Shown: positions 29,163 through 39,732 of the stretch, in pieces
Layout: every line of letters begins with the position of its first letter
Position numbering within the stretch: the stretch's first letter is position 1
Source of the DNA: a virus
Reading direction: 5' to 3' (one strand)
Virus record (IMG/VR): IMGVR_UViG_3300025534_000004
Location: 1 to 64,000 of that record
DNA: 64,000 nucleotides
The notes under the pieces: model-generated
Seen by the model: only the letters and a program-made list of their open reading frames with translations
The model's database searches: none
What the model was told of the DNA's origin: nothing
Translations under genes and position numbers: made by a program

Positions 29163-29629
29163 TGCGGTTGGCCGACCTCGACCGCTTCTCGGGCATCGGA
29201 TGGGATGTGGACGGAACCTTGGTCGGGCATCCGGCCAACCGGCTGTTCTTCTCCTTTATCCGCCTGCGCCGGTCGGTTCGGCATGTTATCGTCAGCTTCC
29301 GCAGCCATGGGGCCGAGGCGACGATCTTCCGCGACATCGAACGCGAAGGCGGGCCGGGGCCGGAGTTCTTCGAAGGCGTCCACACGGTGGATGATGCCCT
29401 CTGGGAAGCGCAGGAGCGTGCCCGCCTGCTGCGCCTCGCGGGAGCCCTTACCGGGCCTCCCACCGAGGAGGAGATCGCCTATCGTGAGTTCAAGGCGCGG
29501 ACCTGCTTCGATCTGGGCATACCCTGTCTGATCGATGACGACATTTCGAACTGCAAACCGGGCTGTGATGCATACGGGATCATGCTGATCCATCCGGATG
29601 CATTCCTACGCCAGAGAAAGCGTTTCTGA
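29162..29629 (+). CDS. HAD-superfamily phosphatase
   Basis: DVDGTL motif I, S motif II, K...LIDD motifs III/IV. Confidence 0.75.
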   Translation: MRLADLDRFSGIGWDVDGTLVGHPANRLFFSFIRLRRSVRHVIVSFRSHGAEATIFRDIEREGGPGPEFFEGVHTVDDALWEAQERARLLRLAGALTGPPTEEEIAYREFKARTCFDLGIPCLIDDDISNCKPGCDAYGIMLIHPDAFLRQRKRF

Positions 29630-29839
29630 ATGAGCTTCGCCACATTTCTTTTGATGTTCGGCGTCCTGCTGCTGCTCAGCCCCGGACTGATCATGGGCGC
29701 CAAGGCCAAGGACGACCCGCAGGAAGTCATCATCCGCTACATCCAGAACACAGACCTACAGCGGTTCATGACGCTGCAAGGCTTAACCCTGTCCGGGTTC
29801 TGCTTCCTGCTGATCGGGCTGGCGCTGCTGTTCGTCTGA
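29630..29839 (+). CDS. Small membrane protein
   Basis: Two hydrophobic helices. Confidence 0.6.
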   Translation: MSFATFLLMFGVLLLLSPGLIMGAKAKDDPQEVIIRYIQNTDLQRFMTLQGLTLSGFCFLLIGLALLFV

Positions 29840-30111
29840 TGACGCCCGCCGAGATCATCCGGAAGGCCATCCCCGATGCTCCGAATGAGGTCTGCGAGAG
29901 CATCCTGTGGGGACGCACGCCCTTTCCGCTGAGCCCCATCACCCCTCGCCTGCTCTATCGCGCCGCCGACCGCTGGCGGCGCGCCGAGGCCGCCGGACGG
30001 CAACTCTGCGATCATTGCGACAACATCGTGATTCCGGGCCGGTATCTCTGCAAGCGGTGCGCCCGCGTGCTCGACCTTGGCTCCGCCCGTTCGCGTCTCG
30101 GGCGCCGCTGA
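29839..30111 (+). CDS. Small zinc-finger protein
   Basis: CDHC...CKRC; TGATG coupling. Confidence 0.6.
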   Translation: MTPAEIIRKAIPDAPNEVCESILWGRTPFPLSPITPRLLYRAADRWRRAEAAGRQLCDHCDNIVIPGRYLCKRCARVLDLGSARSRLGRR

Positions 30112-30489
30112 TCCGGCGCCGCGCCGCGACGACTTGCTGACGGGGCGTCAGGAGTTGGTCAGGCGTTTCCAGACATCGCCCTGATCCCGCGCTTCCTTCC
30201 AGCGCACGATAATGGTGTTTTCGACGTAGCTCAGATTGATGGCGTGCTTCTCGAACTCCGACCCCAATCGCTCGCGCGCCTTCTTGAGGTGGTGCTCGTA
30301 CCACCACCGCATCACGATGTCACGGGTGCCCTTGCCGGGCGTCTTTGACGAGATCGCCGAGACCCTCCCGATAGCTCTGGATGAACTTCACGACGCTGCT
30401 CGCCAGCTTCGGCGAGCCGCGTTCGTTCAGCATCTCCACCAGACGGTGACAGGCCGGTGTCCCACCAAAAGTGCCGGGATCGAGCGCCA

Positions 30490-30891
30490 TTACCGGTCGC
30501 GTCCCTTGCTTTGGCCGTGGAATTTCTTGGCAAGCCGCTGGCGATACCGCCTGCCCTGTTCCCTGCGCCAGACATGCGGCCGGGTGGCGAGCACCTTCTT
30601 GAGCGCCCAGTATTCCGGCGAGCCAGCCATGCGCCAGCGGACGGAGCGGTACAGCGCCAGAAGCTCGCGCGTGGACTTCTTGGCGTATTCCTGCTCCAAT
30701 TCGGCCTGCCGTCGCCCCATGGCCCGCCGGGCCTGCTTCCTCTCCCGCAGCCGCACGAGGTCCTCGACCGTCAGGTCCCCGCTCATGATCCGGGCGATCT
30801 GCTCGACGGTGGCCGGATTGCTCATGGCCCGGCAACGCTCGGCCTTCCGGGCGGCCCGAGCCTTGTTGGGATCAAGGTCCATACGGCACAC
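30490..30891 (-). CDS. Basic hypothetical protein
   Basis: LKKVLATRPHV motif. Confidence 0.6.
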   Translation of the reverse strand: MCRMDLDPNKARAARKAERCRAMSNPATVEQIARIMSGDLTVEDLVRLRERKQARRAMGRRQAELEQEYAKKSTRELLALYRSVRWRMAGSPEYWALKKVLATRPHVWRREQGRRYRQRLAKKFHGQSKGRDR

Positions 30892-31333
30892 CGTTCGGCT
30901 TGGTTCTGGTGAAATCGCGGAAGCCGAGCCGCAGCAAGGTTTCGACCACCTGCTCCGGCGTCACGCATGGATGCCAGTCATCCGTGAGCAGCGGTTTGCC
31001 CCATTCCGCGAGCGCGACCAGCAACTCCGGCATACAGACCAGCGCGTGCCACGCATGATCATAGGCTTCTAGGCGCACAGACGGCCTGAAGTCCACGGCC
31101 TCCCAAGCGAGGCTGAATTCGCCAGTGGTGCCGTTGAGCATGTCACCATACTGGCCCGGCTCATAGAAACCGATCACAATCTCCTCTCGCAGGTCCTTGC
31201 GAAGGAGTTTCTCGTAACCAAACTCGGACCGGCTGACCTGCACGAAGCCCGGCACGCAACCACTGTGCTCGTCGGCTGAGATTCCGTGGAGACCGGCGAG
31301 GACGCTCAGCTTCTCCGGGTCGATGTCGCTCAT
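30872..31333 (-). CDS. Hypothetical protein
   Basis: GTTGEF...W......RLEAYD.AW.AL block. Confidence 0.65.
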   Translation of the reverse strand: MSDIDPEKLSVLAGLHGISADEHSGCVPGFVQVSRSEFGYEKLLRKDLREEIVIGFYEPGQYGDMLNGTTGEFSLAWEAVDFRPSVRLEAYDHAWHALVCMPELLVALAEWGKPLLTDDWHPCVTPEQVVETLLRLGFRDFTRTKPNGVPYGP

Positions 31334-32517
31334 CTCAGCGGCTCCCATCGGACGCTACGATACGGACTGGCTTCTTGCCTTCGATGAAGCGCCACAGACC
31401 GGTATTCGCTTCGAGGATGCGCGCCACCGCCGCGCGGGCCTCCTGTTTGGCATTCGGCTTCGGGCGGTCGGCGAGGCCGTCCAGAAGGGCCTGCGCCTCC
31501 CGGCGGATCAGGTGGATCAGTTGCTCGGCCCGGTCCACCGCCTCGGCATGATGCTATACAGGCAGCGTCGTCAATGTTCCCACTACCCTCTCGCTTGGCG
31601 GCCATGTACCCGGCACTGGCCGCGTACAGCTTCTCCACCAGTTCGAAATTGCTGTCCTGCGATCCCTTACCGGCCTGCGGCATGTAGGTCTTGCGGAGTG
31701 CCCTGAATGCCGCGTTGAACAGGTAGAACCGCGCCAACTGGCCGATGATGTCCTCTACCTTGGGATCGGTTACCGGCAGACCCTCCGCCACGCAGGCGTC
31801 CAGAAGGTACCTGTAATCCCAAATGCCACGGCGGCTGTTGCAGTGATCCAGCACATCGCCGCCTCGGTCCAAGAAGTGGAAGATGTTGCCACGGGGGAGG
31901 TCGAGCGGATAGAGACGCTTCCGCAGTTGCGCAGCCCCGTCCTCGCCGGTATCCGCTGTCTCGCGGTCCAGCAGCAAATTGTAATAGACCTTGCCGTCCT
32001 CAATGGCATCGTTCAGGGTCAGATGCTTCTCCCAGCCGCGTCCGTGCTCGATCTGCTCCGATGACAGCAGGTCATAGGCGAAGCGGTGGACCATCATGAA
32101 CCCCACCGGCTGTCTGCCATCGATGGTCTTGGTGCCGCCATTTTCGTCCGCTACCGTAATGCCCGGCGCGTGAACCAAGACGCGGCTCTCGTGGATGAGG
32201 TCCAGCAGTTTCTCGATGCTCAGGTCGGCTTTCGATACCGCAAGATCATGAAGTTCGTTCTCGACGAGGTCCTCGCGGAAACCCGCGATGATGAAATCGG
32301 TGTTCCAGTCCTCCGACCATCCCTCGATGCCGCCATAGTCGTTGTAGCGGCCGAAGATTGGCAGGGCGCGCGGCGACCAGACCGCATTCGGGCGGCAGTG
32401 GCCCGCATGATTTTCGTGCTGACTGTTGGCGACGTGGGTAATCAGGATCAGCGCAACCGGATCATCGTAGTGGATCGGCAATTGCGTGACGCCGCAGGTC
32501 TCGTTCCAGCTACCCAT
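31330..32517 (-). CDS. Hypothetical phage protein (MGSWNETC...LPI family); 3' end uncertain
   Basis: LPIFGRYNDYG and P....GSQ motifs; tail overlaps the 31335-31538 ORF. Confidence 0.7.
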   Translation of the reverse strand: MGSWNETCGVTQLPIHYDDPVALILITHVANSQHENHAGHCRPNAVWSPRALPIFGRYNDYGGIEGWSEDWNTDFIIAGFREDLVENELHDLAVSKADLSIEKLLDLIHESRVLVHAPGITVADENGGTKTIDGRQPVGFMMVHRFAYDLLSSEQIEHGRGWEKHLTLNDAIEDGKVYYNLLLDRETADTGEDGAAQLRKRLYPLDLPRGNIFHFLDRGGDVLDHCNSRRGIWDYRYLLDACVAEGLPVTDPKVEDIIGQLARFYLFNAAFRALRKTYMPQAGKGSQDSNFELVEKLYAASAGYMAAKREGSGNIDDAACIASCRGGGPGRATDPPDPPGGAGPSGRPRRPPEAECQTGGPRGGGAHPRSEYRSVALHRRQEASPYRSVRWEPLR

Positions 32518-32584
32518 GGGGTGGGCTCCTCCAAATCCGTTCATGGAAAGGGCTTTGTGCAGGGCGTTCTATGCCCTTCGCGGT

Positions 32585-33094
32585 TCAACCGCAACGCCGG
32601 ATCGGGCGGATGACCTTGCACTCGAAATTGGTGCAACCCATGAAGGGGCCATACTTGCCCTTGCGCTCGACCAGCAGGGCGCGGCAACCGGGGCAGTGGT
32701 GGTGGGCATCCAGCACATATTCGCGGGCGGCCCTGATCCGGGCCTCAAGGTTCAGCAGGGCATTCTCGGTGCGAAGGACGCGCGGGAACCCCATCACCAC
32801 CCGCGCCCGGCCATCTCGGTCGAGCATCTGGGTGTCGATCAGTTCGACGCGGATCGCGTCGGCGCCGCGCTCACGGGTGACGCCGTCCCGCTTGTCCACC
32901 GACGAGAACACCACCGCCGCGAAGCGGCCGGGGTTCGGCCCGGCCTTGATCCGGCGGCCATAGACATGCTCCTCGAAATTGTTCTTGGTCAGAGCCTTGA
33001 AGCCCATCTCGGCCATGGCAGCGGCGAAGGTGTCGAAGCTGATGGGGCGGTAGCGGCTACCGGTGGTCTCGGCTTGCTTCCTGATCGCGCTCAT
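32585..33094 (-). CDS. Protein with topoisomerase-type C4 zinc ribbon
   Basis: CPGC..LLVERKGKYGPFMGCTNFEC. Confidence 0.8.
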   Translation of the reverse strand: MSAIRKQAETTGSRYRPISFDTFAAAMAEMGFKALTKNNFEEHVYGRRIKAGPNPGRFAAVVFSSVDKRDGVTRERGADAIRVELIDTQMLDRDGRARVVMGFPRVLRTENALLNLEARIRAAREYVLDAHHHCPGCRALLVERKGKYGPFMGCTNFECKVIRPIRRCG

Positions 33095-33264
33095 GAAATG
33101 GCCTCCAATCTCCGACCAGCTTAGCTATTTTTCGGTTTGGTGCAACCTATTTTTTTGGTTACATCATCCTCTAACCAACAAAACGTCCAACCAAAACGAC
33201 GTTTTTTTGGTTGACGGGTGCCGGGATCGCCGTCAGATTGGCCTCACAGCGCAAGGAGCGGCCT

Positions 33265-33705
33265 ATGGACCTGATTGCCAGAATCGTTCGTCTCCACGCT
33301 TCCGTGGTCGATGCCGCCGCTCGCTACCACGCCATCTCCCCCACCGAGGGTGTCCCCGGCCACCTTGCTGCCAAGAATGCGATCAAGAACGAGGCGAACG
33401 TCATCGCGAGCAGGCTGTTCGGCCTGATGCTCGACGATAACCACGGCCTGCCGACCATCGTCGAAGCCAAGCCCCACGCCGTCGGCCCGATGGAAAACCG
33501 TCCGGCGACGCTCAGGGACAAAGCCGCCTCTGCGGCGGATGTCGAGGCGGCGTTACGGTCCATGCGGTTGCAGTTGGTGCCGCTTGCCATCTTCGCCAAC
33601 CTGCTCTCCGTCCACAAGGTGCCGCTCGACCATGGGCACCCCGCCTTCGCCCCTAAGTGGGACCGTTTCCGCGATACGTACAGGGAGGTCGTGCTTGCCT
33701 GCTGA
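33265..33705 (+). CDS. Hypothetical protein
   Basis: AAGGAG RBS, TTGACG-17-CAGATT. Confidence 0.65.
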   Translation: MDLIARIVRLHASVVDAAARYHAISPTEGVPGHLAAKNAIKNEANVIASRLFGLMLDDNHGLPTIVEAKPHAVGPMENRPATLRDKAASAADVEAALRSMRLQLVPLAIFANLLSVHKVPLDHGHPAFAPKWDRFRDTYREVVLAC

Positions 33706-33780
33706 CACCGGCCGCACCGGCTTGCGAAGGGCGTTCGGCTAAATAGGCCGAACGCCTTTTCTCTTTGAGACTGCAAGCCG

Positions 33781-35322
33781 ATGAATGACATTCGCCGATT
33801 TCTGGACATCGTCAATGCGCCCCTGACCGAGGGTGTCGCCATTCACAATGTCCATCATCTTGCTGCCTTCGCGGTCGCCGTGGCCGAAGCCTATGACGCC
33901 GCGCCGCGCTTCGTCGAGAGCGACCGCAAGCCGTGGGACATCCTGAACCAGCACAACAACGAGGTACTATTCAAGCGCATCGAGGGCAGCGGCGTGCATG
34001 TCGCCTTTACGCCGAATGACCCATACGACGATGGCTCAGGCGATGTCGGCATGATGGTGCGCCGGATGCTCTGGGACATGGTGATGAACAACCGGCTGCT
34101 GATCTACAGCGGCCATTCCGACGATCATCCGGTGTTCTCGCCCAAGGACAACGTGATCTTCCGCACGGTGCATGACTACTACACCCATGGCAAGCTGCGC
34201 GCCGTGGTGAAGAAGCAGGCGCAAATGCTCGGCCTCCGTGCGGGCGCGCAGCCCAGCGATGAGGACCTCAAGCGCATTCTGCCGCATATCAATCTCACCA
34301 AGCACGGCAATGTCGGGCACGCCTTCACGATCCGTGGCGAACTGAACTCCTACAACACGCACCGCAAGCTGGCGCCTCCGGCCGCCGCCCCAGCCCTCTT
34401 TACCGAGATCGTCGGGCAGGTCTGCTACAACGTCTGCGTTGGAGACTTCCCGCAGCAGAAAGTCGTGATCCTGCGCGATTTCGATTTCGAGAATGTCGGC
34501 CTTGCCCATGACGGCACTCGCGGCGCCAAGCGCATGGACGAGGTGATGAAGCTCCTGAGCGAGGGCGCCGAAACCATCAAGAGCAGCATCAAGGCGAAGC
34601 CGGTCATCGTGGTAGCCGAGCTTCTCAGGACCGTTTCGCGCAACAACAACACCTTCAACACCATGGAGGGCACTGACCGGCCGCTCGGCCTGCTTCGCCA
34701 GCTTCATGAAATGGTGTCGCTGCCTGTCGAACTCGACGAGGCCAGCATGGCGCGCATCATCGGGCACCTTGAGAAGGGCACCCCCTTCATCCAGCTAAGC
34801 GCCGCCCGCGCGGGACTGTCGCAGCGCCAGATTCACGCCCGCAACAAGCAGGTGATCGCCGCGCTGCGCGCCTTCCATCTTGGTCCCATCGACACCTTCG
34901 GCGGCTGGGACGAGTACGATCCGGAGACCGGAAAGCGCAACCGTGTCCGCGAGGAAAGCCTGTTTGTGCCGCTGAGCCACAAGTCGGACCTGTCCGGCGA
35001 CGAGTTGTTGGAACTCGGCGAGTTCCTCGGCCGCCGCTTCAATCAGGATGCCATCATCTATGGCGACGGGGAGAACGTGTTTGTGGTCGATTACGTACAC
35101 AACAAGATCGACCACATCGGCACTTACGACACTGTGGACATGCACGAGATGCCGTTTGGCTGGACTGCCGTGAAGCAGGACAGGAAGTCCGATGGCAACA
35201 TGTGGGCTTGGACATTCCCCGACGAGGATCACGCCAAGAGGAAGGCAGCGCGCAAGGGCTCCTTTGCGGACCTCGACCGCAAGGCCAGCCGCCTGCCGCC
35301 CGATATGCCGGGCGCGCTTTGA
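33781..35322 (+). CDS. Two-domain putative internal head protein
   Basis: TAAATA at 33740; leader MNDIRRFLDIV...LTE; FRTVHD..H domain and DUF3293-like EES.FV...FNQDAI domain. Confidence 0.65.
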   Translation: MNDIRRFLDIVNAPLTEGVAIHNVHHLAAFAVAVAEAYDAAPRFVESDRKPWDILNQHNNEVLFKRIEGSGVHVAFTPNDPYDDGSGDVGMMVRRMLWDMVMNNRLLIYSGHSDDHPVFSPKDNVIFRTVHDYYTHGKLRAVVKKQAQMLGLRAGAQPSDEDLKRILPHINLTKHGNVGHAFTIRGELNSYNTHRKLAPPAAAPALFTEIVGQVCYNVCVGDFPQQKVVILRDFDFENVGLAHDGTRGAKRMDEVMKLLSEGAETIKSSIKAKPVIVVAELLRTVSRNNNTFNTMEGTDRPLGLLRQLHEMVSLPVELDEASMARIIGHLEKGTPFIQLSAARAGLSQRQIHARNKQVIAALRAFHLGPIDTFGGWDEYDPETGKRNRVREESLFVPLSHKSDLSGDELLELGEFLGRRFNQDAIIYGDGENVFVVDYVHNKIDHIGTYDTVDMHEMPFGWTAVKQDRKSDGNMWAWTFPDEDHAKRKAARKGSFADLDRKASRLPPDMPGAL

Positions 35323-35495
35323 TTTCTTGATCTTCCGGATGGCACCACGTTATGGTGGTGCCATTCGAGAAGGTCATTTCAGCCCATGGGCAAGTTTGAA
35401 TTGTCGGAGAACGCCTGCGCGGACATCGCGAGTGTCACGGGAATTGTGCCATCCGCCCACCATGCGTGCCTGATGCGTATCGAGAAGGCCGCCGC

Positions 35496-36041
35496 ATGAC
35501 GCCCCGGATTATCATCGAGAACCCCGGCTCGGATGCGGTCGAGATCGATTTCTGCGGCCGGTTGGTCTGCAAGGCCCTTGGGAACAGCATGGTGCTGGCG
35601 GGGGATTATGATCCCGCCCAGCTTTGGCTCCCCTTCATCAACGCACTGGTCATCGACACCCGCCCGCCACCGTCGCCGAAGCCCAAGCACAATCCTGAGG
35701 AGGTCGCCAAGCTGGCGACCAAAACATGGGCCACGGTAGCGGATGAGGATCGGGTGCTGTTCCGGCCGGAGCGAGGGGTGCCGCAGTATACGCTCCCCTT
35801 CCTCGACCATCAGCGCCTCACCAAAAGCGAGTTCAAGCGCATCAAGCAACATGGCTGCCCGGCATGGGACACCATGGCCGATGGCAGGCCAATCGAGGTC
35901 GCGTTCAAACCGACGCAGAGGTCGGAACTGGAAGAATGGTGCCGGAAGAACTGCACCGGCAAATACCACCTTCGCTCCACGAGGGCCTATTTCGAACGGT
36001 CGCGTGACGCCGCTCTGGTCAAGGTTACATTCGGCTGCTGA
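35496..36041 (+). CDS. Hypothetical protein
   Basis: C-terminal EWC...C.G.Y.....YFE..RDA.L motif. Confidence 0.65.
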   Translation: MTPRIIIENPGSDAVEIDFCGRLVCKALGNSMVLAGDYDPAQLWLPFINALVIDTRPPPSPKPKHNPEEVAKLATKTWATVADEDRVLFRPERGVPQYTLPFLDHQRLTKSEFKRIKQHGCPAWDTMADGRPIEVAFKPTQRSELEEWCRKNCTGKYHLRSTRAYFERSRDAALVKVTFGC

Positions 36042-36053
36042 GGCTGTGGCGGA

Positions 36054-36656
36054 CTAGCCGCCACATGCCGCACGAGCACGCGCCATCTCCGCAGCGTTGT
36101 TCCGGTCCACGGTGGCGCACCAATCCGGGCGGAGGAACACGTTGGAGTCGGGCGTGACCACGACCGTATTGGCCGCATGACGTGGCACGGCAGGGCGTGC
36201 AGCAGGTGGCACCTCGGGGAGCATCCCGTCGGGCAGGTCGGCCGCGCAGGGCTGGCGGATGCGCCGAAAGGCGGCTCGCACCTCCTCATTCGCACACAGA
36301 ACCTCCTTCGCAGCGGCAACCATGCCCATCGTGTAGAGCGCCCCGGCCAAGTTTCGGCGTTCGCAACCGCTGTCCGTGTAAGTCATCCCGCCAGCAAGCC
36401 CGAAACCGGGGAGCCCGACCCCGGCCGAGACGCCGACAGCGCAAGGATTGGTGCCCGCGAAAATACCCGGAGCCCCCGCGTCCGGGGTATTGCGGAGCGT
36501 CTGCGTGGAGTGGGCGGGCGCGGTGGTGTTGAAATTCAGCATCGGCGCCGAGATCGCCTGCGCAGCCGACTGGGTATCGTTGGTGCTGGAAACCTGCGCG
36601 CGGGCGGTCCCACCAAACACAACCAGCAGCGCAGCGACGGCGAGAAATTTGTTCAT
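36054..36656 (-). CDS. Secreted Cys-containing protein
   Basis: Signal peptide; NPCAVGVSAG....GFGLAGG....D..CERR...LC. Confidence 0.75.
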   Translation of the reverse strand: MNKFLAVAALLVVFGGTARAQVSSTNDTQSAAQAISAPMLNFNTTAPAHSTQTLRNTPDAGAPGIFAGTNPCAVGVSAGVGLPGFGLAGGMTYTDSGCERRNLAGALYTMGMVAAAKEVLCANEEVRAAFRRIRQPCAADLPDGMLPEVPPAARPAVPRHAANTVVVTPDSNVFLRPDWCATVDRNNAAEMARARAACGG

Positions 36657-36720
36657 GACGAGCGTGGCCTTTGCCGGAGACAGGAAGAAATGGGCGACGG
36701 TTTCCCGTCGCCCGCTCGGA

Positions 36721-37176
36721 TCATCGGCCAAAGATGTTGTTGCCGAAGCTGCCGAAGGCAGTCCCGGTGAGGCCACCGACCAAGTGACCGGAGAAGCCGG
36801 TGGCCCCGGCGCTGAACGAGGCAGCGCCGTCCGACCAGCCGGTGGCGCCGAACCGGCTCTCGGTGGTCACGCCCGCATTGCCGGTCTGGAAGCGGGAGTT
36901 GGTGCTCCCGGTGATCCCGTCCACGGTACCGGCCTGCTGGGTGCGGCCCCACTCATTGCTGGCGCCGAAGGTCGTGGAGACGCCGCCGAAGGACTGGCTC
37001 TCCGCACTGCCCCAGCCGGAGCCGGACGCGAAGGCGCCGCCCTGCTGGATACCACCGGAGATGAAGCCTGCGGCCCCACCACCGAAATTCGCACCGAAAT
37101 CGGCGGCGGAAGCGGCGCCCACAACACCCATGGTCAGGACGGCAGCGGTGAACAGGTTCAAGCTGAGTTTGCGCAT
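36721..37176 (-). CDS. Secreted Gly/Ser/Phe-rich protein
   Basis: Signal peptide ending ASA; low-complexity mature part. Confidence 0.75.
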   Translation of the reverse strand: MRKLSLNLFTAAVLTMGVVGAASAADFGANFGGGAAGFISGGIQQGGAFASGSGWGSAESQSFGGVSTTFGASNEWGRTQQAGTVDGITGSTNSRFQTGNAGVTTESRFGATGWSDGAASFSAGATGFSGHLVGGLTGTAFGSFGNNIFGR

Positions 37177-37463
37177 CGTCAAATCACTTTCAGAATGGCG
37201 TTGAAGCCGGGTCGTCCCCAGCGCCCGTCGCTTCTTGCAGCGGGCCGGGCTTACATAGCGCATTTCTGAGATCGGTCAACCAAATTAATTCGGTTCCGCG
37301 TGCCTACATCATGCCATGCCTGCAACACCTTCGCTCGGCGGGATGGCAAAACCCGCTTGTTTGAACCGCGGAAATGCGGTATAGTACCACATAGCACACG
37401 TCTGATCTCAGGCCCTTCTCTGGACGCGCGTTGGAACGCTTACCAGCCAGAAGGAGAAACGAG

Positions 37464-37838
37464 ATGTACTATGGTGCGTTTGCCTCGAAGGAGGACGTGT
37501 GCAAGGAGTTCGAGATCGATGGCATTGAGGGCACTGTCCTCTTTGCCGCCTACGATCTCGACGGGTACGAGGGCTCCGCCGTCGTACTGTTCGTTCGGGA
37601 TGGGAAGTTCTACTTCGTCTCGGGCAGCCATTGCTCGTGCTACGACCTTGAAGGTCAGTGGTCGCCCGAGGAGATGGAGCTTGAGGCATTGCTGCACATC
37701 ACCCGCAAGGGTGGTTATGTGCCCGATGCCTATAAGCCTCAGTTGGAGGCTACCCTCCGGGTGGTCGAAGAACTGATGCTCGAAGGGGCTCCCGAACTTC
37801 ATATCGAGATCGCGGTGCGCCTTGCGTTCACCGGATGA
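37464..37838 (+). CDS. Hypothetical phage protein
   Basis: YEGSA.VLF..DGK.Y.V.GSHCSCY.LEGQW.PEE; AAGGAG RBS. Confidence 0.75.
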   Translation: MYYGAFASKEDVCKEFEIDGIEGTVLFAAYDLDGYEGSAVVLFVRDGKFYFVSGSHCSCYDLEGQWSPEEMELEALLHITRKGGYVPDAYKPQLEATLRVVEELMLEGAPELHIEIAVRLAFTG

Positions 37839-37840
37839 AT

Positions 37841-37878
37841 GAAACCCGCCGAGGTCACCTCGGCGGGTTTCGTCTTTT
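37841..37878. terminator. Bidirectional terminator
   Basis: GAAACCCGCCGAGG/CCTCGGCGGGTTTC between convergent genes. Confidence 0.8.
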
Positions 37879-38169
37879 CTCGGAAAGGCGCCCGTTTCAG
37901 CATCCCGGCCCGAAGCGCGATTTCTGGACAGACGCGCCGCTCGCTACCGCTTGCCCTTCCCCAAGCGGTTGCCGAACAGGTCGGTACTGAACGGAGCGGA
38001 CGTTTTCGGCTCCCTCGCCTGTTGCTGGTCGGCCTCCATCCAGCCTTCCCGAATGAAGGGATCGAATTTCGGTTTGCCGTGAGGACCGTCTTGAGTGCGG
38101 TTCCATGCTTACGGGCATGACGGCCGATGGACCGCCAGATATCCTCGCTGGTCAGGGCATTCACCTCGC

Positions 38170-38439
38170 TCATACCCGCTCCACGATGCGGTCACCCCAG
38201 AGCGCCATGAACAGCGCCATGGCCGGGCTGTCTTTCGGAATCCAGATCACGTCGCAAAAACCACGCGTCACCGGATCGTAAAGCACCTGTTTGGTGCAGT
38301 CCTTGGTGAGGCTGTCAAGGAGGAGTTCGCGCACCTCCTCGTCCTCGGGGGTGACGCAAATAAGCTTGAACCCGGCGTATGTCGGGTTTCCGATCACGCG
38401 GCCGGACAAATCCCGGCGGAAGTACGACACGATCCGCAT
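38170..38439 (-). CDS. Hypothetical protein
   Basis: ORF ending ALFMALWG; ATGA coupling. Confidence 0.6.
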   Translation of the reverse strand: MRIVSYFRRDLSGRVIGNPTYAGFKLICVTPEDEEVRELLLDSLTKDCTKQVLYDPVTRGFCDVIWIPKDSPAMALFMALWGDRIVERV

Positions 38440-38501
38440 GAACAGCCTTCTGCAACAGGGTAGAAGTCCCATACCATGAAATTCGGGATACGCAACGGCA
38501 A

Positions 38502-38798
38502 TTAATCGGTATCAGGGCTCGCCTCGTTCAGGTCCGGATTGGCAAGCTCCCGCAACACCATGGCATGACACAATTTCGGGGCGCAGAAACAGACAAGGTC
38601 CTTGCCGCGAAGCTCATGGATGCGGGCCATGAGATCGGGCTGCTCAAGCACCCATTCGCAGTACAGGCGCACCACGGTCTCGCGGTCGCCGTCCCGCCCG
38701 ACGCGGAAGGGATTGCCCCATGGCGAACCCCGGCCGACATAGACAGCACCGGACGGGATGCCATGAATGTGCTTGTTGAGCACCCGAGGATAAGACAA
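38502..38798 (-). CDS. DUF4326-family protein
   Basis: VYVGRGSPWGNPF...ELRGKDLVCFCAP..CH. Confidence 0.85.
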   Translation of the reverse strand: MSYPRVLNKHIHGIPSGAVYVGRGSPWGNPFRVGRDGDRETVVRLYCEWVLEQPDLMARIHELRGKDLVCFCAPKLCHAMVLRELANPDLNEASPDTD

Positions 38799-38937
38799 TC
38801 TGAAATGCTTTTCCGTGAAATGCGGTCAATCTTACCAGATTGTTCCAGTTCATCTCAACCGCATTTTCGCGCCGGATCGCCGTTCCGAAATGACGGCGGC
38901 GGTTTCTCACATACGCCAATTCAGTTCAGCCGCAGGG

Positions 38938-39726
38938 TCAGACCGGTTCGCCGCTGCGGATGTGGGCGATGGCCTCCTCGGCGGTCTTGAAATCGGTGGG
39001 ATACACCGACCCGTCAGGACGGGTGATCTCCCAGATCTCGCGGAACTTCGCGCCCACCCACGGGGCCGTCGGGAGGCCCATCTTGACCTGAACCTCATAG
39101 ATGCCGTCCGGCGTGATCACTCTGATCCGTTGTGAACCGATGCGCTGAATGCGCTCGATAGTGCGCGGCTGCGGCTTCTTCCGGAGGAAGGGGATGTTGA
39201 ATTCATCTACCCGCTCGCCATTCCGCTGCGCCTCCGCAGCGGCAGCCTGCATCTTGCGCGCGCTCTCCGCATCGTTGAGCAGCGCCTTAAAGCCGAAGTG
39301 CAGCGGCGACGGCCAGTCGCCCCATGCGCACCAGCGGTAGCCCTGCGTCTCCCAGTCGAGCTTGGGCGTGAACTCCTCGTCCACAAGGACGAGGAAATTG
39401 CTGTATCGGAAACTGCCCCGCTTGAACACGTAGAGCGGAATGACCTCGAAATCGCCGTCGTATCCGGTTTCCTCTCGCGCCTCGCGCTGCGCCGCCTCGG
39501 CCGGGTCCTCGCCCCGGTCAATCGCCCCTCCCCAAGTGCCCCATGATCCGGGCTCCTGAACGTGCTCCGAGCGATGGGCGATCAGGAACCGACCGGTGCT
39601 GCGGGCCATGAATACACAGCCAGCCCCCTGCGCACCCCAGAAGCCGGTGTCGCGGAGTGCCTGAGCGTGCAGATGGTCGTCCATGCCTTCGCGCAGCCCG
39701 TCGGCGAACAATTCGTCAAGACGCAT
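38938..39726 (-). CDS. NUDIX hydrolase
   Basis: GGAIDRGEDPAEAAQREAREETG NUDIX box. Confidence 0.9.
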   Translation of the reverse strand: MRLDELFADGLREGMDDHLHAQALRDTGFWGAQGAGCVFMARSTGRFLIAHRSEHVQEPGSWGTWGGAIDRGEDPAEAAQREAREETGYDGDFEVIPLYVFKRGSFRYSNFLVLVDEEFTPKLDWETQGYRWCAWGDWPSPLHFGFKALLNDAESARKMQAAAAEAQRNGERVDEFNIPFLRKKPQPRTIERIQRIGSQRIRVITPDGIYEVQVKMGLPTAPWVGAKFREIWEITRPDGSVYPTDFKTAEEAIAHIRSGEPV

Positions 39727-39732
39727 AGCAGA

